Source: Glycera tridactyla (Eukaryota). Taken from it: a stretch of DNA of 64,000 nucleotides. The notes under the pieces were generated by a model. That model searched no databases and was not told the DNA's origin. It worked only from the letters and a program-made list of their open reading frames with translations. The first letter of the stretch is position 1, and every line of letters begins with the position of its first letter. Below, one piece after another: positions 22,771-34,444 of this stretch. The DNA lies in contig OZ286466.1 in NCBI GenBank assembly GCA_965644265.1, forward strand, positions 20,708,001-20,772,000, read 5' to 3'. Both the position numbers and the translations under genes were made by a program.

Positions 22771-25700
22771 TAGAGAGAGGTGGAGAGAGAGACATACGGA
22801 TGGGTGGACGGGTGGAAGGATGGACAGGCGGATGGACGGAANNNNNNNNNNNNNNNNNNNNNNNNNNNNNNNNNNNNNNNNNNNNNNNNNNNNNNNNNNN
22901 NNNNNNNNNNNNNNNNNNNNNNNNNNNNNNNNNNNNNNNNNNNNNNNNNNNNNNNNNNNNNNNNNNNNNNNNNNNNNNNNNNNNNNNNNNNNNNNNNNNN
23001 NNNNNNNNNNNNNNNNNNNNNNNNNNNNNNNNNNNNNNNNNNNNNNNNNNNNNNNNNNNNNNNNNNNNNNNNNNNNNNNNNNNNNNNNNNNNNNNNNNNN
23101 NNNNNNNNNNNNNNNNNNNNNNNNNNNNNNNNNNNNNNNNNNNNNNNNNNNNNNNNNNNNNNNNNNNNNNNNNNNNNNNNNNNNNNNNNNNNNNNNNCAA
23201 CCACCAAGCATTGTACGGCACAACAACCACAACAACCCATACCCGTGTAAAGAAAGATAGATATTCTTCCTCTTCTTCTTTCTTCACCTGCGTGTCATCA
23301 TTGTCTTCACTGGACCGCCGTTCCTACCATGGTGAAATAAGAACGGCCAAATGACATAATGAGTATGACGACTTATACAATGCCACGAAGTTCATTCTGC
23401 GGTAGATACATGGATAGATATAAGACTGAATGAATACATGAATGAATAAATCAATAAATGAATAGTTACATGAATGCATAAATGAACAAACTGATAAATA
23501 AGTGAATAATTGAAGTTTTAAAATAACGCACATTTTGTTAAATACCAGATCAAAGTAATTTTACAGAATAACAGATGGGTTTTATCATAATTTGAACTCC
23601 ACAATAGAGGTAATGGTTCACAATCGGTCCATAATACACTTCACTCATTCATCAACATCATGTGATGGCAGGCCAATGGTAGCAATATTCTATTAATCTA
23701 GAGTGACAATATGGTTATCTCTACATTGAGACAGGGCATACAAATGGGTCCCGACACCCTACTTTAGAAGATCTCAAAAATCTCAGAAGCTCACTTTTGA
23801 ATTTCATCCAGCTCAGCCCCTAATGAAACACATTCACCGCACCGTGCTAATGCTTCAACAAAATCACACATGGATACAATGCAAACTATTATCGCGATGA
23901 AGGAATGAGCAGCTCTGCGTCCTAGCCACGAAAAGCGATGTATTCATCACCTATGATGTACACCAGATAGGACGGTCAGCTTGGGGACTAGAGGAGTTGG
24001 GTGAGGTATAAACATGCACCATATACATGAAATGGGTTGGGGTATACTGGAAAGCAGAGTTGTAGCATGGACCATTAGTGGCACCGAGCCACATGTATCA
24101 TGCCAAACTCAACAATCACACAAATTTCGTGCTTTTAGTTCATTTAACCGGTTCAAGATTACACAGGTTTTGAAATAATATTTGGATGTTCATACAAGGA
24201 TGCAAGCATAGCCAATCATACTGAAACTCCAAATTGTATTAGATGATGCGGGCAGGAGAGAATAAGACCTCTGTGTGAATTTGAATGTATATAATAGTAA
24301 GCCTAAGATAGCTCAAAACTCCATGATAGTGGGGTATATAGGGATACAAAGATTCATGTAATCCAGAACTCATCAATAAGCTTATATTCATCTCAATGCT
24401 TTTGCCTTCACCTTACTATAGTTCATAGTTCTGTCCCATCACTTCTGCTCACATCATCCTTTATATCGGTTAAGAATGTTTGATTCATGTCACTGTTCAA
24501 GCAATGTAAGTGAATGATATATCTCACATTCTTCATGGATGATGATTTACACACAGACCTTGGATTCACATGTGATGGGATGGAAACAAACATGTCCTAT
24601 TTTAGAACTGCCTGTCCTCTTTCATCTATCATCCCCAGTCCTAATTCTGTGCTAACCCAAAATATATTAGATGTATTATGCAGGTCGCATAGGTTACCGC
24701 AGCTTGATATGCAGTATGGGGAAATGATAATCATCAATCCCAGCAAATATCCCTGTCAAGCCAAATCCCATCAGATAGTGAAATCTGACATCCCAGCGAA
24801 GCCCAAAAGTAGGTCCGGCCGCCATCGCGGCAATTACTGGATAGTTAGGATGTGTTCTAAGTAGAGATGGGATATTAATTGAGATACTCTGCAACCGTGG
24901 GGGATTGGTACGGTCGGGACAAGCGAATACTACTTGACAATGATGGCTGCGGACTGGTGTGGAACTCATATTTCCTCTTCAATTCCAACATTGTAAACCA
25001 CTATTTGTTGATCCAAATATGGTAGGAAAACAGCGACCCTTTTCCTAATCACAGTGATTAGTCAATATTGTACCCCTCGGGTATGCATGGAGGACAATAC
25101 TCCTCACAATCTACCCTATCATGCAATCTACCTGTTAGTGTCAGTAGGGTAGCCCTGATGTAGAGCCTTAGCAACATATACATTCACTTGCAAGTGGAAG
25201 GGCGGAACAACACAGGAATAGTAGTTCAACAACGATATTTATGAACTCTTCAGATAAATTTTCAGACAACATGGAATTGACATCTATTGGTGACACTATA
25301 TCGACATGCCGCCCGTCCCTCTGTCCAACAGAATCCATTTCGAACACACCACGTACATCTTGACAAGACTTACCTGATCTGGTATTGGACTATGATATCG
25401 ATTCTTTCTACTCTGAAATAGGTCATCAGTATCGTATTGGGGGATTGTCAAACTAATCTTTATGACAAATGTACATGTTCACACATATGGAAAGAGAGAG
25501 AGAAAGAGAGAGAGGGAGGTTGAGAGAGAGAACGAGCGAGATAGTGAAAGAGAGAGAAAGGGAAAGAGAGAGGGAGAGAGGGAGAGAAAGAGGGAGAGAG
25601 AGAGAGAGCAGTGACGTCTCAAATGTACAGGTTAGGGTTTATAATTGACGAAGTCCAAACGCTTTTCCGCCTGAACATCAGATTGAAATGTGATCATAAT

Positions 25701-26008
25701 CAGGTTCACGTATTTTCTCACGATAAACGTCAACTTGGTGGAAGATAGGCCATTGAGAAATGTGCGAATCTCCCATGTTATCAGGTCAGCTGATAATATT
25801 GGCAGTTTCATCGTAGAAATGCAATAAAATGAGAGCGATTCCTGTTCAAAAGCATGCACGTAGACTAAGTGATGACCAGAAGACCTGTACTATACAGCTG
25901 TGCCACCAAAACTCAAATCGGGAGAGAAAGTTCGACTTGAGCGTGTGAAATTTCACCATCACACCTAGATTAGATAGATTATATCTAACTCTTTTTGTTA
26001 TAGCATAC

Positions 26009-26173
26009 CTTTCTGAAGAGAGGTTGTCCGGATTTGGTATCAACAAATTTCCGGACTGGATCACTCGTCCGGCCACTGTCCTTCAGCGTCGTGACTTTAC
26101 TGACATCTGTAGTTGACGGAATGACGTTATTACTGTTATGTGTACAGCTGGAGTTACTCTGTCCATTCCCCAT
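26009..26173 (-). CDS. Putative first coding exon of a small myristoylated protein (full exon 26453-26009)
   Basis: Strong acceptor ttctcttttgtgttttacag before 26453; all three frames are closed before gcgATGG; MGNGQS...QPLFRK (55 aa); donor AAG|GTATGC, phase 0. Confidence 0.6.
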
Positions 26174-27390
26174 CGCGCACTCTCTTGGATTTACCGAGGC
26201 ATCATAGTTATGGAGTTAGACGATAGGTGGGGCTTTCATGAACGAATTTGGTATCCAATATTTGCCAAAACCACGTCGTTTGTCACTATGCTATTCTGGG
26301 CGAAAATGAACCCAAGCAAACTCCTCTTCCATCTTCAGCTGGTAATGTTGAGGTTCTGGCATTTCCACTTATTATCCAATTCTCTGAGCACCCATCTGCC
26401 CTTCATTCGGGTCTATTCATTCGGGGATCATCCTGTTTCGAATTGTTGATTATCTGTAAAACACAAAAGAGAAGTGACCATATTATCGGCAGGATCCTGT
26501 CAATACCCATAAAGACGATACGAGCCCCCGAGGCTCATTCTGCATGTCGATGTTACATGGTATGAAATAAAACAGTAGGAACGAAAAGGAGATGATGACA
26601 AGGTAGAATATAAGTGATTAACATGGTGAGTAGATGGTGCTTTGTTACTGATGCATGCTCATGTACCTGTTGATGTATTGTCGGAGGTGATATGGGAGAG
26701 GCTATGTCATGATAAGGATAATGGTCACAAGACATCCCCAAGAGTATCAAGGCACGTATTGGAGAATTTGCCTAATTGGCTATCCCAAACACCTGCATTT
26801 CCAATATATTCAATGTTCACAATGAAATTGCTACACCTCGCAACTGATATACTCTCTCATTGGACAAGCATTTGGATAATCCCACCCCCCAGAACAGGTG
26901 CATGGGCTGTGTCACAACTAGATCAGTGTATTTCATTGCTTTGATTGCCCATTTGTTCAACTTTCACCATTGATAGAATGGGTTCGACATTTCAGAGAAG
27001 ATTTAGGTACCATGAAGATGACTTCACATCGGTGAAATATTCATGGCAGGACTCAGATGATGACATCTTTGATGTGGTGATGATGAATGAGAGAATCCGC
27101 ATGCGAGACCAACCAACCACCCAACCCCTGCATATTTGAAGCAGGCCACATCTTCCCAAATCTCTATGACTTCGTTCACACACGGAGATACTCGGAGGAG
27201 GAGAGCGTGCTTCCTTTGATGATTCCTCGCCCAGGACCTGGGGGCGAGCTATTAAATGAATTGTATCCATCTATTATCGTCGATTACCAGCGTCATGTAA
27301 GTTCCGGTCACCTGCGGCAACCTACCTACATCTTCTATATACATCATCAGCTCGAACCCCTCCTCCTCAATCATACTGTGTCCCTGAACA

Positions 27391-27700
27391 ATGAAAGCTA
27401 GATGTCCTGTCCCCTGCAGGGGTCACCTACACAAACCCTGAATACAAGATGATGGAGAACCCGAAAGCTTGTCAATTGTGCGTAGCCGACAGTTCAGACA
27501 CACCTGTACCTATCTAAAATGAACATATTGAGCCTAATGCTGACATATTCAACCATGTAAGTGGCTGGAAACTGACACTCAAGCCAGATAGCAATGCGTT
27601 CAATTTGAGCAAAGCGCACTACTTCAGAGAAAACTGTAACAATTTGTTTAATCGTGAAACTATTAACTCCAAACCAGCTTTAAAATCATGGTTGTAGTAC
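27391..27700 (+). mobile_element. Dispersed repeat family C copy
   Basis: atgaaagctagatg...cacaaaccctgaatacaagatgatgg...gtagccgacagttcag...ctggaaactgacactcaagccagatagcaatgc, matching 61490-61727. Confidence 0.75.
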
Positions 27701-29258
27701 AGTGCCATCACGCCCCTTAGTGAACCTAGTTGCAACCGTATTAATCTAGAACTAATGCGCCGTGCGTCGGCCACCAACACCAGAGACCAACTCACTATGG
27801 TGGTGGTATAAATTGGATGATAAGACTATCCATTCGTCTATCATATGTGCTGCTTGACAATTGGGTTTGGATGATCCCCTCTGAGAAGTGATCCCCGGAA
27901 TCCCCACATGTCTCGGGCAGAATGAATCCCTCGTGGAACACGGCAGTTACAATTATTTTGTGACAGCTGGTAACTATCCTTATGCTTCTAGTACTATTCC
28001 TGATTGCTAGGACCTCTCGCTCCGTCTGTTATTGAAGGAAATCTCCTTTGGGACGTATATTCAAATATTATAATGCAAACTGATAGACGGCCTGATCGTA
28101 TTTTCCGCCCGAGCAACCCTCGCCTCGATAGGACCCTTTGAGGGTTTGGTAGTCATCATTACTCATATGATATATTCGCCAAGCGCTATACGTACACCTC
28201 CGCGATTTGTACAGGGTTATATTCACGTTGAAAACGTGGAGATGTCAATGGTGGTGCTGATGGAGCTGTTGGGCTGATGCTGGTGTTGGTGTTGGTGTTG
28301 GAGGTGGTATTGTTACTGATGGTAGTGGTGGTGGCGGCGGTGGCAGCGGCGGCGACGATGACGACGAAGATGACAANNNNNNNNNNNNNNNNNNNNNNNN
28401 NNNNNNNNNNNNNNNNNNNNNNNNNNNNNNNNNNNNNNNNNNNNNNNNNNNNNNNNNNNNNNNNNNNNNNNNNNNNNNNNNNNNNNNNNNNNNNNNNNNN
28501 NNNNNNNGTTATGATGATGGTGGTTATGACGATGATTATGCAGTGTCAGTCATACAGCTTGTTTTCATAGGATGAGATGGTTACCATGGCAACCGTTTGA
28601 CAGGTATGCCACCATATCGACCGATGATGAGTCTCCTAACAATCACGGGAGACGGATGTGCAATTCCTCAGGTAATACACATGGTAACGAATCAGACTGC
28701 CACCAGCGTTCACCTGGCGGGCTAGACGGACAAATGAGGTGGTAGTACAGTGCTGGCAGTCAATGACTATAAAGTGAATTAGATAACATATATAGGTAAC
28801 ATTTAATGAGTATGAAATACCATGAGATGCTCGGAAGATTCAAGTAATTAGCGAAACCTAATACAAGAGATCTGAATAATGATTATATTGGTGCTGGTGC
28901 TGGTGATGGATGGATCTTGGAACAATGTCCATGAACATTGTTCCATATACCCATCAAAGCGGTTATTAAAAACATCACCAAAGGCTGGCAAATTGGGTGC
29001 AGCTGTATTTATCAGAAGTGCGAGCAGGGCTCATCGGATGGGAGACCAGAACGAACAAGGTTCCACCATTCAATACTGGATCTCCACCATTATACAGACC
29101 AATAAGACCTGCACGCAGCACCCAGCTGGCACCGCTATGTAACGGTACCTGAGTATAATCTCTACACTCCATCTCTCCACATCGACCATCATGTTGAAGA
29201 TACAGGACTGTAAACCACTACATCAGCATTTTGACCATACATACTTAAGTCAGATAAA

Positions 29259-29447
29259 CCAGTGCATGCCGACTGGGATATCAATGGTCGGTCGTGTGTA
29301 TGGGAGTCTATTCCTATAATGCATGTAAAAGAACCACTGCTGTCTTTAGCAAATATTAGGGAATCGCCCCCGGCAGCGGTGCCTCATATTCAGTTTCTCG
29401 TTCGAATGTGACTCAAGGAAGTTAAAACGACATTAAACTTGAACAAA
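29259..29447 (+). mobile_element. SINE fragment, family B
   Basis: Same core as 15686 and 34255; ends gacattaaacttgaacaaa. Confidence 0.6.
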
Positions 29448-29504
29448 TTGACTGGAGTCTGACTGGAGCCAGGTACATACGCTTCCAGCCCGTTACCTAG
29501 GGAG

Positions 29505-29643
29505 GTGTGTCTGAACTGTCAGTTACTTCCACTTGACAAACTCTCAGGTTCCCCATCATCTTGTGTTCAGAGTTTGTGAGAGAGATGTCTGCAGGGGAGA
29601 GAGCATCCAGCTTTCACTGACCAGGAACACACGGCATACATAA
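29505..29643 (-). mobile_element. Dispersed repeat family C copy
   Basis: tctgaactgtcag...ccccatcatcttgtgttcagagtttgtgagagagatgtctgcag...cacggcatacata. Confidence 0.75.
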
Positions 29644-31509
29644 AACATCAACAAACCAATCAATCAATGAAGCCAGGTACAATATTCCCGCTCTAGATGG
29701 AATTGCTCAGATCGGAATTGCGGTGAAATTCTGCTCATCTTCCGATCGATACAGTCTCGCGCCAATTATCCCGACCGTTAATCCATGACTGACCCTATCC
29801 CAGAGTTAACCCTTTCAACCACATACATCTTAATTGGAACACACAAATACGACAATATGATACAGAATCCCAATTGAAATCAAAGCCTTAACCAAACCAT
29901 TCATCATTGGACAGGAGTTACATCTTGCTTCTCACATGTTCTAGCTGCACAGGCCTACCTGGTTAATTCCACATCGGATCAAAGCTGCATATTTTGGCAT
30001 TGAAAGAGTGCAGAGATGATCAATACTTTTCTTGCTATTGTAGAGATTATCAACCAGACAGATTGTTGATCATTTCACTTACCATTAGGGACACTGATAA
30101 AATGTGTATCGATTGATCTCACACGCGCCCATTTCATGGGCATGACAAAATATATCACGTATGGCGCTGATGTGTTATTGAACCAGAACCAAACAAGCAA
30201 CCATCCAACCTGCAGCTGATAAAAAAAAAATGGGACATTCTGTTCCGATATCATAACTGGTTTCCGTTAAGATGATCTTTACCTTGAAGAATATGAGACT
30301 ACTGCAGTCATACTACATGCCTCTATGGAGGGAGGTGCCATTCAATGGAGGAAATCCAACATCCATGTCCAAGGAGGGAGAAATAAAACGATCCTGAATG
30401 TGCATATATATATGGGGAACAAAATACAATATTGTAAGATTGAGTTGGCACATCCTAAAATGCATCACTACCTGCGATGTGAACCTCCCGGTTGGTCGGT
30501 TGATTGTTTTATATCCCGTTAGCGCCATCTTGGCTATATTGAGACTCCCATGCAATGGATATATGTAAACCCATTCAACACCTCTTCTTCTGATTCTCCT
30601 ATATAAGCTGATTCAGACACTCAATGTGTCTTTTCTAGTATCATAGCTGATCTCTCCATACACTCACCTCCAAATAAAGCAATGATCCCACCAATGCCCG
30701 ATGCATGGGTGTCCTAATATAGCCCGTTTTGCGCCAATGGGACATCAAACAAGAAAGCAAGCGAACAGACCCCCATGCACATTACATGGGCGTCACAACC
30801 TCACACTATGGGAACTCCCGTAACAAATGGCATGTAGCGTATCTGCGAATATCTATACGATTCATGATCCGTTGGGGACGCGGGAAGAGGCGTCTTGAAT
30901 GATCCGACCCATGCCATGTGTATGGGGATCTAGTAGGATCTATATATCTATATACAGGATGGGAACACTCACCTCTGACGCTATCAGGGATCCACAGCGA
31001 TATAGCCCGGTTGTGACGAGGCTGGAGATGTAGTATGTCATATCTACTGGCAGTCCCGATGCTGTATAGGTTGCGTGGATGCTGATGCTGCCTCGGCTGT
31101 GTGTGCGTGCGTGTGTGTGTGCGTGCGTGTGCGCGCGTGTGTGTGAGGCTGAGATTAGCGTGTGGTGTGGATAGGTAGTGACTGGGGAGGAGATGCCAGG
31201 TGTGCGCATGTTCTTGCAGGTAGAAATGATACGTTNNNNNNNNNNNNNNNNNNNNNNNNNNNNNNNNNNNNNNNNNNNNNNNNNNNNNNNNNNNNNNNNN
31301 NNNNNNNNNNNNNNNNNNNNNNNNNNNNNNNNNNNNNNNNNNNNNNNNNNNNNNNNNNNNNNNNNNNAGACGAAGGACAGAGAGATAGAGATACAGAGAG
31401 AGGGGAGGTGGAGACAGGCAGTCACAAAGACAGACCAAGGCCAGAGGGAGGAATGGAGAAGGAGAGGGTCAGATACAAATAGAATCTAAAGAGACTGACA
31501 GAGAGAGAT

Positions 31510-31513
31510 GGTC

Positions 31514-31582
<69 letters not shown>
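31510..31582. repeat. (CAGA)n microsatellite
   Basis: Direct inspection. Confidence 0.95.
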
Positions 31583-32599
31583 TACAGGGGGACAAANNNN
31601 NNNNNNNNNNNNNNNNNNNNNNNNNNNNNNNNNNNNNNNNNNNNNNNNNNNNNNNNNNNNNNNNNNNNNNNNNNNNNNNNNNNNNNNNNNNNNNNNNNNN
31701 NNNNNNNNNNNNNNNNNNNNNNNNNNNNNNNNNNNNNNNNNNNNNNNNNNNNNNNNNNNNNNNNNNNNNNNNNNNNNNNNNNNNNNNNNNNNNNNNNNNN
31801 NNNNNNNNNNNNNNNNNNNNNNNNNNNNNNNNNNNNNNNNNNNNNNNNNNNNNNNNNNNNNNNNNNNNNNNNNNNTATGTTGTTTTTTTGTGACAGCGGG
31901 TTAAGTTGGAATTAATTGGTATCAGTGGAACAATGTGAGTTTGTCGATAATACTAGAGCGGGTGGCTTACTTCATTGTAAATACGTAAATATGAACACTG
32001 ATTCATATACATATGCAGCACAGGGATATCTATCACCTGCTACTAAGGTTCTGTTTTCTGCTTTCTTTTCTATATCAGCATCAGTGAATACTGCCTCTTT
32101 TGTATGTCTGCTTTACTTCTGTCGAGATCTGCGCTGATAGGATCGGCAAGTCGCGTCCATCCTCTGTTGTTCGAACCAGGTTGTGAAATGACTAGGTTTT
32201 TGGTCATATAGTCTGGTGATACAGTGTACATTCCCGGATCATGATTCAGTTAACTATTTCGCTCTGGTCTAAATCTACATAGATCCTGCCTGCTGGATTA
32301 TCTAGTGACTTTCCGGACAGCTCGCAGGGCATCATCTTGTAGAACCTGTAGTCTATTGCTGTCTTTGATCTCAGCTGCATTATAAATCGAGCAGCAGTAA
32401 TCAAAATGGGGACCTTTTTGTGAGTTATTTAAGGTTCTTGTTGTTTGCTCGCTCACAATTCAATTTATATTCTATAGTAGGTGCGCTTTGTATTCAACAA
32501 TCTGAATGATACTATCTATATGTATAAAGTTGATACCCAGATGCTCAAAATTGTTAGTGGTATGAATACAAGAATTGTTCAGAGATATTTTGATGTCTT

Positions 32600-32900
32600 A
32601 CGTAGCACGTGGTTGGTCCAGAATAAGACAAACTGCGTTATTCCACAGTTACGTGTTGATTTGTTTAGTCTGAACCATTGTTGTGAACATATGATATTAC
32701 ATACGGTCAAGGTCGATAAAAATGGGATCACATTTTTAAGGTAATTAGTGATATCATCAATGTAAACAATGAAGAACAGGGGTCTCACGAATGAACCCTG
32801 AGTAACACATATCATCATGTACTTGTCATCCGACGAAATTCGAACTGGTATAAACTGGTAACATGGAGTCAGTAATTGGGAGTGATTGGTCTGCAATCGA
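32600..32900 (-). pseudogene. CR1/L2-type LINE reverse transcriptase fragment
   Basis: CVTQGSFVRPLFFIVYIDDIT resembles GVPQGSILGPLLFLIYINDL. Confidence 0.7.
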
Positions 32901-33377
32901 AAGAAGAAAGGCCATATGTAATAGAGGAAGTAATGAACCAATGGACGATAATGAGGTAGAAATATGAGCGGTGGTGATAGTGCTCTGTCCATAATGAGAT
33001 GGAATGACCATGATTTGATGACATAATCCACCCATGTACTGTAATGTACGTGGCTAATAGCGGATTGCAAATCATAAGATGATTGGATTACTAATAACAG
33101 TGTTACGCATGAAATAGACTCCAGTCCTGTGATGTTGGTCTGGCGTACACACAGCGTGGAAGGGAGACAAACACCTTGGTTGGTTAGTTCGTCGGTCCCG
33201 GTTCAACGTCACGTCAGCTTTATTCGTCGGTCCCGGTTCAATGTCACGTCAGCATTTTTTGTGCTATTTTGTGACGCCTATAATATGGGCATGGGCGGGA
33301 TTATTCATTATACCACAGATGTGACAGTATGAGTGGAATATAGGGGTGTTGAATATAACTTGCAGAATCCACAGGCA

Positions 33378-33490
33378 GGGGGGCGTGGCACATGTTACGT
33401 CACAATGCATAGTCACGTGACACGCTATTGTCTTCTGCAGCCGACGCCGCTGTCGCGCGTTCCAGCTCTCACAAGTGACAGGTAAACAAA
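33378..33490. promoter_or_regulatory. CpG-rich promoter-like motif cluster
   Basis: GC-box GGGGGCGTGGC (~33379-89), CRE-like TTACGTCA (33395-402), palindromic E-box GTCACGTGAC (33412-21), GTAAACA (33482-88; repeated 33691-97). Confidence 0.4.
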
Positions 33491-33814
33491 CTGTCTGCTG
33501 GCGCTCTGGTAGGNNNNNNNNNNNNNNNNNNNNNNNNNNNNNNNNNNNNNNNNNNNNNNNNNNNNNNNNNNNNNNNNNNNNNNNNNNNNNNNNNNNNNNN
33601 NNNNNNNNNNNNNNNNNNNNNNNNNNNNNNNNNNNNNNNNNGATGACAGAATAATCGGGAAAGGGAGCGCGGGTACGCGGCAGTCGGCAGGTAAACAAAC
33701 CACGCCCTTCTGTCTGGTGACGCTCCTCTCGGCGCGTTCCCTGTCCCTCCACTGAACACGCAATCATGCACGCACACCTACATGCATGCTCACACAAACA
33801 ATCTGTGGTATAAA

Positions 33815-33967
33815 AGTAAGAAACAACGACCGTGGAATATGCAAGATAAATCCAACTTGGTGGGAGTCACGGTGGGAGTTCACTCGGCCTTTGGCCTCGT
33901 GAACTCCCGCTGTGACTCCCACCTCGTTGAATATAACTTGCATATTCCACGGGCGTTGTTTCTTACT
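33815..33967. mobile_element. 153-bp imperfect palindrome (fold-back MITE-like)
   Basis: Arms agtaagaaacaacg.ccgtggaatatgcaag...gggagttcac / gtgaactccc...cttgcatattccacgggcgttgtttcttact; centre ggcc-ttt-ggcc. Confidence 0.75.
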
Positions 33968-34254
33968 ATAAGACCCCTCTTTCCGGGTACCTAACGGGAG
34001 GTGGAAATTCACTGAATCATAGACACTACGGATACCTGGTGTTATGAGTGCAAGAGCATGATGATCACTATATAATGGTATTTGATCAGGCCTGGAGAGT
34101 GAAATTTAGTACGCATAGTAACTCATATCATACAACACCATTCATACTCGGAGAGGGCTTCCCGTGAGGTTCCCAGGACTTCTGGCAAGCCAAATGTGCA
34201 GAATATGGCCCCCGTGTAACCCTATGTGTCTTAAGAGGCGACTGAGGGGAAGTT

Positions 34255-34444
34255 CAGTACATTCCGACTGGGTTATCAAAGGTCGGCCGTGTGTATCGGA
34301 GTCAAGTCCCATATGCATGTAAAAGAATCACTGCTGTCCTCCACAAAGAGCCGGGACTGCCCCCCGGCAGCGGTGCCTCCTTTCTTCAGGATTGCCAAAT
34401 TTTCAGAAAGAAGTATGAAAGGACGTTAAACTCAAACAAACAAG
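34255..34444 (+). mobile_element. SINE fragment, family B, with 3' tail
   Basis: Family core, then ggacgttaaactcaaacaaacaa, a typical SINE/LINE-shared 3' tail. Confidence 0.65.

Noticed and set aside
28620-28660. Hammerhead-like ATGATGA-GTCTCC...GGAGAC-GGAT
   Set aside because: Stem II is good, but C3 and the GAAA box are wrong and no stem I or III pairing was found.
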